Shown: positions 1 to 15,490, counted from the first letter of the stretch. The stretch: 32,000 bases of DNA from Bacillus subtilis subsp. subtilis str. 168 (GCF_000009045.1 NC_000964.3:3780001-3812000); one strand, 5' to 3'. Notes: generated by a model not told the origin, from the sequence alone. Made by a program: numbers and translations.

Positions 1-33
1 GATAATAGCGTGGCTTACTTGTTTTTTCTTCAT
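1..33 (-). CDS. ywmB: 5' end of YwmB-like protein (partial, runs off window start)
   Basis: Reverse complement gives GGGGGAG-N6-ATG then MKKKQVSHAII; expected neighbour of ywzB/atpC in B. subtilis. Only 11 codons visible. Confidence 0.6.
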   Translation of the reverse strand, partial: MKKKQVSHAII

Positions 34-161
34 GTTCATCTCTCCCCCTTATCCCCAGTTTTACCGGAGGCAAGAGGCGCCATACGTAAAAATCTTCGTC
101 AAAACTCGAGCTATTCGCTTCAACCCGCTTCTCCCAACCATTTAATAATGTTCAAAACCTA

Positions 162-392
162 TTAAAATAGATAGGGAAGCTGCTGTGAATAATTGAGGTA
201 ATCTAAAAAGAAATTGGCAACGGCCGTTCCAATGGCGATTGTCAGCAAAATCATCAGGAGTCTTGCCTGCACGACTTTGCCTTTTTTGATTAACGGATCT
301 ATATTGACGGCTTGCAACGCCCACCAAGTCACTGCTATAAAAATCAGGTGAACGACAATGCCGATTGCAGCCTGCTGTCCCAATACACTCAT
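162..392 (-). CDS. ywzB: DUF1146 family small membrane protein YwzB
   Basis: 76-aa ORF with hydrophobic segments, SD AAAGGAG upstream of ATG at 392, position next to atpC. Confidence 0.85.
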   Translation of the reverse strand: MSVLGQQAAIGIVVHLIFIAVTWWALQAVNIDPLIKKGKVVQARLLMILLTIAIGTAVANFFLDYLNYSQQLPYLF

Positions 393-561
393 CTATTACA
401 CTCCTTTCTCTGCGTTCATACCCTTTCTTATTATATAAGAAGCACAGATAAAGATGATACATTTTATACAGAACGGAATAATCAGCCAAATCTAGGGCTA
501 ATCCCCGCTTAAAGTGCGATTCTTTTACATGGTATACTTTATTGGAAAGGAGCTGGCAAAT

Positions 562-1035
562 GTGAATCATTCTTTTTTTCAGCCTGAAAAGCAATATGGT
601 GAGGACCTGCCAATTTTTGATCAGGAATGGGAAGCAATTGCATTCTATTATGATTATAGACAGTCACAGATTGAAGAACTGAATGAATTGTGTCAGTTTT
701 TTAACATTTCTCTTACCTATACGAGAGAAAGCCTTGAAGAGCTTGAAAACCTCTATTTTCAAAGTATACAAGAACTTTTGCTTGCTGATTGGAATCTTCC
801 TATTGAAGAATTCGAGAAAATGATCAGTGTTTATCTTATAGATTGTGTGATTGCCCGCCATGAAGATGCTGAATGGGTTGTAAAACCTTATCCCTATAAA
901 GACGGCGCTTATACACTTGGCTTTAGAAGACATCGCAAATCGTGGCATACAATGAATGCCTGTGATGGTTTATACCTGCGTCCAAAAGAGGATCGCCCGT
1001 TGCTGTCGCTGTTTGATTCTCTTGTGCGTTCATAA
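562..1035 (+). CDS. ywmA: Uncharacterised protein YwmA
   Basis: ORF track start at 514 trimmed to GTG at 562 preceded by AAAGGAG; conserved position convergent to atpC; extended -10-like TGGTATACT upstream. Confidence 0.8.
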   Translation: MNHSFFQPEKQYGEDLPIFDQEWEAIAFYYDYRQSQIEELNELCQFFNISLTYTRESLEELENLYFQSIQELLLADWNLPIEEFEKMISVYLIDCVIARHEDAEWVVKPYPYKDGAYTLGFRRHRKSWHTMNACDGLYLRPKEDRPLLSLFDSLVRS

Positions 1036-1037
1036 AA

Positions 1038-1068
1038 AAATCCTTCTCATAAAGAGAAGGATTTTTTC
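1038..1068. terminator. Bidirectional intrinsic terminator between ywmA and the atp operon
   Basis: AATCCTTCTC-ATAAA-GAGAAGGATT stem flanked by A-run and T-run between convergent stops (1035 and 1069). Confidence 0.9.
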
Positions 1069-1479
<411 letters not shown>

Positions 1480-1490
1480 CTAGGACCAGA

Positions 1491-3822
<2,332 letters not shown>

Positions 3823-3877
3823 TCATCTGCGTAAAAAGAGAGAAAAAGAGAACCTTTTTCTCTCATCAGCATTCGAG

Positions 3878-5386
<1,509 letters not shown>

Positions 5387-5402
5387 TTAGGTTTCACCCC
5401 TT

Positions 5403-6457
<1,055 letters not shown>

Positions 6458-6619
6458 CTACTACGGCAACTCCCTTCTGCAGGTTTTTCTTTGCTGATCC
6501 AGCAGCCGCACTTGTCTCTTTTCAGCCGGCAAGGCGGGATGCTTATCAGACATAAAGCAATGGCGAAGGTTCTCTTGGAATGATCTTCGCCATTTTTAGT
6601 TCATATAAGGCTTTTATGC

Positions 6620-6847
<228 letters not shown>

Positions 6848-6877
6848 TTAAAATGTTATCCGTTTGGATATAATGTT

Positions 6878-8003
<1,126 letters not shown>

Positions 8004-8258
8004 CAATTATCTGTCTCCTGATGAAAAAATAATGTATAGCTTGGATACGGCAAAAATCAGCGGTTAACCCTTAGTAGAAGACCTTTTTTGACCGGCAAAA
8101 CGGGCCTGTTCGAAAAAATCATTCATCCGCAAGCCTTGCAGGGATGCTGTTTCATTCGCTTAAATAAATCCTCATAATACGGGTTTGCTGAGAGGATTTA
8201 CATTGAGGATGAGGACTATAATGAAAGCTATGAAAACCTTCTCATAATACCCTCGTTT

Positions 8259-8287
8259 AGCATACAATAGCCCCTAACATGTGTCAA
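8259..8287 (-). promoter_or_regulatory. Near-consensus sigma-A promoter of the atp operon
   Basis: Minus strand TTGACA (8287-8282) - 17 nt - TATGCT (8264-8259), between the upp terminator and atpI. Confidence 0.8.
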
Positions 8288-8391
8288 TCTGTTTAAAGTT
8301 AAAAAACTTTTTATACTTTACGTCTCCACAGAATGTTCACATTTTCACCTATAATTGTATACAGATTCACCGAATAGCAAAAAACTGGATA

Positions 8392-8426
8392 AAAAAATGA
8401 AACCCCCTTTTGGGGATTTCATTTTT
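8392..8426 (-). terminator. Intrinsic terminator downstream of upp
   Basis: Minus strand ATGAAATCCCC-AAAAG-GGGGTTTCAT followed by T7. Confidence 0.88.
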
Positions 8427-9055
8427 TATTTTGTTCCAAACATGCGGTCACCCGCATCTCCGAGACCTGGAACAATATATCCTTTTTCATTTAATTTTTC
8501 ATCTAGCGCCGCAATGTAAATATCAACGTCCGAATGATGCTTCTGCAATTCTTCCACACCCTCCGGCGCTGCTACAAGACACATGAAACGGATATTTTTC
8601 GCACCGCGTTTTTTAAGGCTGTGAATGGCTTCAACTGCGGAACCGCCTGTAGCGAGCATCGGGTCAACCACGATGAATTCACGCTCTTCCACATCAGAAG
8701 GAAGCTTGACATAGTATTCCACGGGTTTTAAGGTTTCTGGATCACGGTAAAGGCCGACATGTCCCACTTTTGCCGCAGGAATCAGCTTTAAAATGCCGTC
8801 AACCATTCCCAATCCTGCTCTGAGGATAGGAACCACTCCGAGTTTTTTCCCTGAGATGACTTTCGATTTCGCAGCCTGAACCGGTGTATTGATATCCACT
8901 TCTTCCAGAGGAAGATCGCGGGTAATTTCAAATGCCATGAGTGTAGCCACTTCATCTACTAACTCTCTAAAATCCTTCGTACCTGTATTTTCATTCCGTA
9001 TATATGTCAGCTTGTGCTGAATTAAAGGATGATCAAATACATAAACCTTTCCCAT
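8426..9055 (-). CDS. upp: Uracil phosphoribosyltransferase
   Basis: 209 aa, [20 protein letters not shown]; PRPP loop region [12 protein letters not shown]. Confidence 0.98.
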
Positions 9056-9109
9056 ACTGTGTTTCAGCTCCTTTTTTATTGTCCCATCAACAATTACACA
9101 CTTCTATTG

Positions 9110-9138
9110 ATTCTACAAAAAAAGACATTGAGTTTCAA
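9110..9138 (-). promoter_or_regulatory. Candidate sigma-A promoter of upp
   Basis: Minus strand TTGAAA - 17 nt - TAGAAT. Confidence 0.6.
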
Positions 9139-9147
9139 GAACATCGT

Positions 9148-9183
9148 CAAAAAACCCGCCGGGCATAAGCCCAAGCGGGTTTT
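9148..9183 (-). terminator. Intrinsic terminator of glyA
   Basis: Minus strand AAAACCCGC-TTGGGCTTATGCCCG-GCGGGTTTTTT immediately after the glyA stop. Confidence 0.88.
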
Positions 9184-9189
9184 AGGATC

Positions 9190-10437
9190 TTAATAATCTA
9201 ATTCTTTATATAAAGGAAATTTATCAGTCAGAGCAGCTACACGCTGTCTTGCTTCTTCAAGTTTTCCTTCATCTTCGTGGTTTTTCAATGCAAGCGCAAT
9301 GATAGCACCGACTTCTTCTAATGCGTCTCCGTCAAAACCGCGGCTGGTTACAGCAGCTGTACCAAGACGGATGCCGCTTGTTACGAAAGGTTTTTCAGGA
9401 TCATATGGAATCGCGTTTTTGTTAGACGTAATACCAATTTCATCAAGTACATGCTCCGCAACCTTACCAGTCAGTCCGAGCGAACGAAGGTCAACAAGGA
9501 TAAGGTGGTTGTCTGTTCCGCCTGAAACGAGCTGGATGCCCTCTTTCGTTAAGGCTTCAGCCAGACGTTTCGCGTTTGAAATGACGTTTTGTGCATATGT
9601 TTTGAAATCGTCCTGCAATACTTCACCGAATGAAACAGCTTTTGCGGCAATAACGTGCATCAGAGGGCCGCCTTGAATTCCAGGGAAGATCGATTTATCA
9701 ATTTTCTTGCCAAACTCTTCACGGCAAAGGATCATACCGCCGCGAGGACCGCGAAGTGTTTTATGTGTTGTTGTTGTAACGAAATCAGCGTAAGGAACCG
9801 GGTTTGGATGAAGGCCTGCCGCAACAAGTCCTGCGATATGTGCCATATCCACCATGAAGTAAGCGCCGACTTCATCAGCAATTTCACGGAATTTCTTAAA
9901 GTCGATTGTACGAGGATACGCACTTGCTCCTGCTACGATAAGCTTCGGTTTATGAGCGAGGGCTTTTTCACGCACGTCATCGTAATCAATATATTGAGTT
10001 TCTTTATCTACGCCGTACTCAACAAAGTTATATTGAACACCGCTGAAGTTGACTGGGCTTCCGTGTGTTAAATGGCCGCCGTGGGAGAGGTTCATCCCAA
10101 GTACAGTATCGCCTTGCTCCAAAATCGTGAAGTACACTGCCATGTTTGCTTGTGCGCCTGAATGAGGCTGAACGTTTACATGCTCCGCTCCAAAGATTTC
10201 CTTCGCGCGGTCACGGGCGATATCTTCAACGACATCGACGTGCTCGCATCCGCCGTAGTAGCGTTTGCCCGGATATCCTTCTGCGTACTTATTTGTCAAA
10301 ACAGATCCTTGTGCTTCCATAACCGCTTCACTTACAAAGTTCTCAGAAGCAATCAATTCGATCTTAGTCTGTTGGCGTTCACGCTCATTTTTAATGGCGT
10401 TAAACACTTGTTCGTCTTGCGCAGGTAAATGTTTCAT
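9190..10437 (-). CDS. glyA: Serine hydroxymethyltransferase
   Basis: 415 aa, [40 protein letters not shown]; PLP site [14 protein letters not shown]. Confidence 0.98.
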   Translation of the reverse strand: MKHLPAQDEQVFNAIKNERERQQTKIELIASENFVSEAVMEAQGSVLTNKYAEGYPGKRYYGGCEHVDVVEDIARDRAKEIFGAEHVNVQPHSGAQANMAVYFTILEQGDTVLGMNLSHGGHLTHGSPVNFSGVQYNFVEYGVDKETQYIDYDDVREKALAHKPKLIVAGASAYPRTIDFKKFREIADEVGAYFMVDMAHIAGLVAAGLHPNPVPYADFVTTTTHKTLRGPRGGMILCREEFGKKIDKSIFPGIQGGPLMHVIAAKAVSFGEVLQDDFKTYAQNVISNAKRLAEALTKEGIQLVSGGTDNHLILVDLRSLGLTGKVAEHVLDEIGITSNKNAIPYDPEKPFVTSGIRLGTAAVTSRGFDGDALEEVGAIIALALKNHEDEGKLEEARQRVAALTDKFPLYKELDY

Positions 10438-10487
10438 CAGCGAGATCCTCTCCTATCCGTATCCTGTTCTTTGTTTTTACCATCACT

Positions 10488-10517
10488 ATTGTACATGGTT
10501 TTTAAGGCCGATGTAAA
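10488..10517 (-). promoter_or_regulatory. Candidate sigma-A promoter of glyA
   Basis: Minus strand TTTACA (10517-10512) - 18 nt - TACAAT (10493-10488). Confidence 0.55.
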
Positions 10518-10551
10518 AGATTATTTTTAAAAAATCTAAATTTTTATTGGT

Positions 10552-10597
10552 AAAAACGAATATTAATAACTTAAATTTAATTTAAAGTTCGGAATTT
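10552..10597. promoter_or_regulatory. PurR operator (paired PurBoxes) upstream of glyA
   Basis: Minus strand AATTCCGAACTTT (10596-10584) matches AWWWCCGAACWWT closely (one position off); opposing weaker copy AAAAACGAATATT at 10552-10564; about 19 nt between. Confidence 0.65.
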
Positions 10598-10610
10598 ATT
10601 TCACTATCTT

Positions 10611-10643
10611 AAAATAAAAGAAAAGACTGGCTATGCAGTCCTT
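10611..10643 (-). terminator. Weak intrinsic terminator of ywlG
   Basis: Minus strand GGACTGCATAGCCAGTCTTTTCTTTTATTTT right after the ywlG stop. Confidence 0.5.
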
Positions 10644-11186
10644 TCATTCGCACTCATAAACCGCCCGCACTCCGCCGATTAGTTTCGGCCGTGTACGCGC
10701 CAATGTCACATGAGCTGAACCGAGGCTGTTTTGAGAGACACGCACAGGGACAGCCACCGGTTTCAGATGCATGCCGATAAACGTATCGCCTATATCAATT
10801 CCGGCGTCAGCCTGAATGGTTTCAACAAGAACAGGAGACTTCATCTGCTTAAACGCATAAGACGCCATCGCTCCGCCCGCTTTTGGAACGGGCACGGCAG
10901 AAACGGTTGGAAGCCTGAACAGCTTGGCTGTTTCTGCTTCGACGACAAGCGCTCTGTTTAAATGCTCGCAGCATTGAAACGCCAGATGGATTCCCGTTTT
11001 TTCCCGGAGCTCAGCAAGTCCGCTGTAGATGCTTTCAGCGATATCTACACTGCCCGATGTGCCGATCCGGCTGCCGGCCACTTCGCTCGTGCTGCATCCA
11101 AGGACGAAGAGCTGATCTTGTTTCAATTCCGCTTGGTCCTGAAACTCAGACAGCATCGTCTTCCACGTTTGTTTCAACTCATTCAT
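10644..11186 (-). CDS. ywlG: UPF0340/DUF436 family protein YwlG
   Basis: 180 aa, [21 protein letters not shown]; SD AGGGGTG; gene order. Confidence 0.85.
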   Translation of the reverse strand: MNELKQTWKTMLSEFQDQAELKQDQLFVLGCSTSEVAGSRIGTSGSVDIAESIYSGLAELREKTGIHLAFQCCEHLNRALVVEAETAKLFRLPTVSAVPVPKAGGAMASYAFKQMKSPVLVETIQADAGIDIGDTFIGMHLKPVAVPVRVSQNSLGSAHVTLARTRPKLIGGVRAVYECE

Positions 11187-11198
11187 TAAACAGCACCC

Positions 11199-11648
11199 CT
11201 ACAGGTTTTTCTCTTCATAATCGGAGATTTTTCCAATACGCGTTTGGTGTCTTCCCCCGGTAAACTCAGTAGTCAGCCAGATTTTTGCGATTTCCCGAGC
11301 CAAACCAGGTCCGATCACCCGTTCACCCATCGCAAGGATGTTTGTGTCATTATGCTCCCTCGTCGCCTTCGCGCTGAAGGTATCGTGCGCCAGCGCGCAG
11401 CGAATCCCTTTTACTTTATTAGCGGAAATGCTCATGCCGATGCCTGTCCCGCAAATTAAAATGCCTCTGTCAACTTCGCCGCTAACCACTTTTTCGGCCA
11501 CCGGAAAAGCATAATCCGGATAATCGACAGAGCCGCTGCCGCAGTCACAGCCCATATCAATATATTCAATTTGCAATTCGTCCATTAACTCTTTGATTTC
11601 ATTTCGAATGTGAACGCCGCCATGATCCGATGCAATGGCTACTTTCAT
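11199..11648 (-). CDS. rpiB: Ribose-5-phosphate isomerase B (YwlF)
   Basis: 149 aa, MKVAIASDHGGVHIRNEIKELM; GTGIGMSISANKVKGIRCAL motif. Confidence 0.94.
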   Translation of the reverse strand: MKVAIASDHGGVHIRNEIKELMDELQIEYIDMGCDCGSGSVDYPDYAFPVAEKVVSGEVDRGILICGTGIGMSISANKVKGIRCALAHDTFSAKATREHNDTNILAMGERVIGPGLAREIAKIWLTTEFTGGRHQTRIGKISDYEEKNL

Positions 11649-11804
11649 CTGCTTTTCCTCCCAGCGTGTGTGATGCGGCCCGCCCGCTTTATTGACCGCG
11701 CAGCCTGTCCGCTCTTTGATTCACACCATATGATGTGCTTTTCACTATATTCTACTCCTTCACGCAGGATTTGCAAATGACCTGTTTGCAGATTTTCTGA
11801 CAAC

Positions 11805-12257
11805 TTATCTACGGTCTTTTTTCAGCTGTTTTGCCAGCTGCCGAAGAAGCTCTTCAAGCTCATCTCGCGTTTGTTTATAGATGTCAATTGAGCCGCCGAA
11901 CGGATCGAGGACATCACCATGGCTGCCTGTGACATATTCTTTTAACGTAAACACTTTATCACGATAACGTCCAAATTGGCTGGCAATGATCTGTTTGTGC
12001 TGATGGGTCATAGCCAGAACCAAATCAGCCGATTCCATAAGTTCTTCAGTTAATGGAGAAGACACATGATTAAGGGCAATGTGTTTTTCAAACAGCGCTT
12101 CGACTGCATGAGGCGTCGCTTTCCCATTAGGTGAAGCAAACACGCCTGCCGAGCGGACATTGACATTCAGCCCTTCCCTTTCTGCAATTGATTTAAAAAG
12201 CGCCTCAGCCATTGGGCTGCGGCACGTATTTCCAGTACAGACAAAAATAATATCCAT
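11805..12257 (-). CDS. ywlE: Protein-arginine-phosphatase (low-molecular-weight PTP fold)
   Basis: 150 aa from ATG 12257; active-site CTGNTCRS; DPFG motif; SD AAGGGG. Confidence 0.95.
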   Translation of the reverse strand: MDIIFVCTGNTCRSPMAEALFKSIAEREGLNVNVRSAGVFASPNGKATPHAVEALFEKHIALNHVSSPLTEELMESADLVLAMTHQHKQIIASQFGRYRDKVFTLKEYVTGSHGDVLDPFGGSIDIYKQTRDELEELLRQLAKQLKKDRR

Positions 12258-12295
12258 GTCAGTCACCCCTTATTTTTCTCTATTATATATGAAGA

Positions 12296-12326
12296 AAAAA
12301 GAAACGGCGACTTCGTTTCTTTTATT
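12296..12326. terminator. Intrinsic terminator downstream of mntP
   Basis: AAAGAAACG-GCGACTT-CGTTTCTTT stem with flanking A/T runs. Confidence 0.75.
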
Positions 12327-12332
12327 GGTATA

Positions 12333-12890
12333 TTAAATTGGCAAAAGCAGCTTTAATCCAAACACGATTAATATGATGCCCCCGAGCGCTTCGCTGTATG
12401 TGCCAAGCCATGACTGCACTTGTTTTCCGACCAGCAGGCCCAGCCATGTCAACATCATGCTGAACAGCCCGAACAGGGTAATTGTGAGGAGCGGATGCGA
12501 GCCGTATATCCCCAAGCTCAAGCCGACGGAAAAGCTGTCAAGGCTGACGCCGATGGCAAACAGCAATAAGCCCGGCCCTGCCGGTGACATGAATCGTTCT
12601 TCTGACTGTTTAAAAGAGGCCATAAGCATTTGAACCCCAAGAACAAAAAGCAGCGCCCCACCGATATAAACCGCTAACACGCCGAGGAGCCCTGACAGCA
12701 TGTTACCGGCCGCCATCCCTGCGAGAGGCATGATGACGTGAAAGAGGCCGATGATGAAACCAATATAGAATATCTGCTTCTTTCTAAGTTTGACCATGCC
12801 CATTCCAAGGCCGACAGAAAAAGCATCCATCCCTAAAGCAAACGCCATGATGCTTAATGTAATCAGTTCGCCTATAAACAAATCCGACAT
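12333..12890 (-). CDS. mntP: Putative manganese efflux pump MntP (YwlD)
   Basis: 185 aa, six predicted TMs, [14 protein letters not shown] and [14 protein letters not shown] repeats typical of MntP/DUF204. Confidence 0.9.
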
Positions 12891-12968
12891 ACATAAATAA
12901 CCCCCTTGGACACGCCCCGCTTTTTTAGCCTATGCGTGTCCAAAAAGGGTTAGAACATCTGACTGCTT

Positions 12969-14009
12969 TCAGCGAATCACTCTTCCTCCGGCGGCTTTCA
13001 TCAGCCTGTTCATAATAGCAAGACCGACACCTGTATCCGGAAAGGATTCCGCTATAATGAAATCCACCTTATTCTCATCAAAGCTGCGCAAAGCATCATA
13101 CAGCCCTGCCGCAACAGTCTCAAGCTGAGCCCGTCTTCCGCAGCTCTTCACATAATCAGCGGAATAAACGCCCGCTTTTTCTTCTGTCGTCAGGACACCG
13201 ACCCGTCTTCCACCCTGTTGATATTCTTGAATGAGGTGCTGAATGCGCTCTGGGCTGCCTTCGCAAATGGCAAGAGGCGCTGTCGGCGCATAATGTGTAT
13301 ATTTCATCCCTGGAGAAATCGGCTTCTCGTTTTGGTCGCTGAGCCCTTTATCCACATGGATCGGCCCGATCACCGCTTCAATTTGTTCCTTCGTAATGCC
13401 GCCAGGACGCAAGAGAACAGGGATGTCGTCCGCACATGAAAGCACAGTTGATTCGACCCCGATTCCGGTAGGGCCTCCATCCACAATACCGGCTATGCGG
13501 CCATCCAAGTCGTGAGCCACATGCTCCGCTTTTGTGGGACTTGGCTTGCCTGATAGATTGGCGCTCGGTGCTGCAATCGGCAGTCCCGATTCGCGAATCA
13601 ATGCAAGGGCAAGCGGATGATCCGGCATTCTAATGGCAACCGTTTCAAGACCTGCCGTTACACGAGGTGAAAGCGCATCAGGTTTGCAAGGCAGAATGAG
13701 CGTAAGTGCTCCCGGCCAAAACCGTTTCATCAATGTTTTCGCCTTTTCCGGCGCCGGGCCCGTTAAATCCTCAAGCTGGCTGATATCCGCAATGTGGACA
13801 ATCAGGGGATTATCGCTCGGCCGCCCTTTCGCCTCATATATTTTTTTGACGGCATCCGTATTTTTTGCGTTTGCGCCTAGGCCATATACTGTTTCTGTCG
13901 GAAAGGCAACGACCTCATTTTCTCGGAGCAAAGCGGCTGCTTGTGCAATTTGTGGATCATTTGTGGATAACTCGTCAGTTACATCCACAAACCATCTTTT
14001 CGTTTTCAT
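12969..14009 (-). CDS. ywlC: L-threonylcarbamoyladenylate synthase (Sua5/YrdC family)
   Basis: 346 aa, VAFPTETVYGLGANA, KxR/SxN-type motifs, C-terminal Sua5 domain. Confidence 0.95.
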   Translation of the reverse strand: MKTKRWFVDVTDELSTNDPQIAQAAALLRENEVVAFPTETVYGLGANAKNTDAVKKIYEAKGRPSDNPLIVHIADISQLEDLTGPAPEKAKTLMKRFWPGALTLILPCKPDALSPRVTAGLETVAIRMPDHPLALALIRESGLPIAAPSANLSGKPSPTKAEHVAHDLDGRIAGIVDGGPTGIGVESTVLSCADDIPVLLRPGGITKEQIEAVIGPIHVDKGLSDQNEKPISPGMKYTHYAPTAPLAICEGSPERIQHLIQEYQQGGRRVGVLTTEEKAGVYSADYVKSCGRRAQLETVAAGLYDALRSFDENKVDFIIAESFPDTGVGLAIMNRLMKAAGGRVIR

Positions 14010-14174
14010 TTCTGACCAAACTCCTTATTCACAACAATAAAACGATTGTTTTACGCGTGTAATCCTTTTGAAAGTATAAAAGATGTCCTGTAATAAAACA
14101 AGCGTTATCCACAAATTGTGGACAACGCTAATAAAGAAGTGGATAAGTATGTGTATAAACTGCACTTATCCAGA
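13951..14174. promoter_or_regulatory. DnaA-box cluster
   Basis: 9 matches to TTATCCACA or its complement: 13951-13959 (1 mm), 13962-13970 (exact), 13981-13989 (2 mm), 14025-14033 (1 mm), 14105-14113 (exact), 14117-14125 (1 mm), 14138-14146 (1 mm), 14150-14158 (1 mm), 14166-14174 (1 mm). Confidence 0.88.
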
Positions 14175-14609
14175 CGCTTTTTTCATCAAAACGGCTCCTT
14201 CTGTTTGCCGCGATTCACAGAAGTGATCAGAAGAAAACAGCTCCTCCGGTACACTCTCAGCTCTTTCAAAACCCATGGCCGTCAGAAAGTCCGCAGAGGA
14301 ATGCTGATTTGCTACTAGGTACACGGTTTTGATCTGATGCTTTTCGCACAGCACCTCCATGCTTTGAAAAAGCGTGACGATGTGGCCTTGGTGAAGCTTG
14401 TCCGATATGACAAGTGATCGCAGCAGCCCCTGGTCACAGCTTATTTTTTCAATACCGAGGCATCCGGCAATGTTTTTCTCACTGTCCTCCAGCATAAGAA
14501 ATTGAGTGAAGCCTTCTTTCACGCCTTCATAGCTGGTTTTTGCCTGTTTTAAAAATGCCTCGAGCACATCTCCGTCTTTTTCCCTTGCCACCCGCAGTTG
14601 ATAAAACAT
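14166..14609 (-). CDS. ywlB: GNAT-family N-acetyltransferase YwlB
   Basis: MFYQLRVAREKDGDVLEAFL start with SD GGGGTG; GNAT-like IVTLFQSMEVLCEKHQIKTVYLVANQHSSADFLTAMGF. Confidence 0.8.
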   Translation of the reverse strand: MFYQLRVAREKDGDVLEAFLKQAKTSYEGVKEGFTQFLMLEDSEKNIAGCLGIEKISCDQGLLRSLVISDKLHQGHIVTLFQSMEVLCEKHQIKTVYLVANQHSSADFLTAMGFERAESVPEELFSSDHFCESRQTEGAVLMKKASG

Positions 14610-14675
14610 CCGTTCACCCCGTTTTTGCGTTCTTTCTTCCAATCTATGAGGCAAATCTATTTTTAGACCAGATGA

Positions 14676-15350
14676 TTAGGAAAAAAGGTCGGAAATCCAT
14701 TCGACTAAAAAGAATTTCACTTCTGTGCCGTCTTCTTTTTCTTCGTTCTCTTCTTTTTTGGCTTTTTCCGCTTTAGCGGTTACGTCCTCAAGCACTTTTT
14801 CAGTCTGCTTTTTTGAGGCTTCTTTATCTTCTTGTTCTTTGACGGCTTCCCCGTTAGAAAAATCAAGAAAGCAGAGGGGCGGGAACAGCACACACCACCA
14901 GTTGGCGCCGTCTCCGTTTCCAAGCGTAATCAAAATCGCTTCATACTCACCAGCGGGATATACCATGTTGCCGTAAAGCTTTGTCGGAAACGAGATTTTG
15001 TCAAAATCAACGGATATCGACTGATTCGCTCCTTCTTTCTCCATTGTTTCCTTTGCAATTGCTTTGATTTCAGGCAGCTTTGAACGAATCACGCGACGCG
15101 CTTCTTCAATAGAAGTAATATCCTTTACCCAAGTTGTGATTTCTTTATTCACCGCGTCTCTTATATGACGTTTTAATTGCTGGTCTTGATCACTATCGCT
15201 GTTTGCCAGTATTCTCAAACGAATCGCCTGATCAGGTATGACCACCGGCTGATTTTCCGATTTTTGTGCCGTCTCTTCTTTTGCCAGCCCTACGAGCGCT
15301 CCGGATAATAAAAGAAAGATATATATACAAATGATTACTGTTTTTTTCAT
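14676..15350 (-). CDS. spoIIR: Stage II sporulation protein R (signal for SpoIIGA activation)
   Basis: 224 aa from ATG 15350; signal peptide plus RLRILANSDSDQDQQLKRHIRDAVN. Confidence 0.96.
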   Translation of the reverse strand: MKKTVIICIYIFLLLSGALVGLAKEETAQKSENQPVVIPDQAIRLRILANSDSDQDQQLKRHIRDAVNKEITTWVKDITSIEEARRVIRSKLPEIKAIAKETMEKEGANQSISVDFDKISFPTKLYGNMVYPAGEYEAILITLGNGDGANWWCVLFPPLCFLDFSNGEAVKEQEDKEASKKQTEKVLEDVTAKAEKAKKEENEEKEDGTEVKFFLVEWISDLFS

Positions 15351-15389
15351 CGGTCCCCACCGTTCCTCTCCGTGCTTTGTTTCTAGCCC

Positions 15390-15419
15390 TATTATGGACA
15401 AGGAGAGCCTGGGATAAAC
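15390..15419 (-). promoter_or_regulatory. Candidate sigma-F promoter of spoIIR
   Basis: Minus strand GTTTA (15419-15415) - 15 nt - GTCCATAATA (15399-15390), resembling GYWTA / GGNNANANT. Confidence 0.65.
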
Positions 15420-15490
15420 GTGCAGGGTGAAAAAAATCTAGCAAGCTGTTAATCTTATTTATGGTACGATAGTGTTTTAGGAGGTTTAAG

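Noticed and set aside
142-594. 150-aa minus-strand ORF overlapping ywzB and ywmA
   Set aside because: Overlaps the better supported ywzB in another frame and is antisense to ywmA; composition not protein-like.
8221-8247. Tiny plus-strand ORF MKAMKTFS* with GAGGA upstream
   Set aside because: Only 8 codons, antisense to the predicted atp leader, no supporting plus-strand -35; most likely chance.
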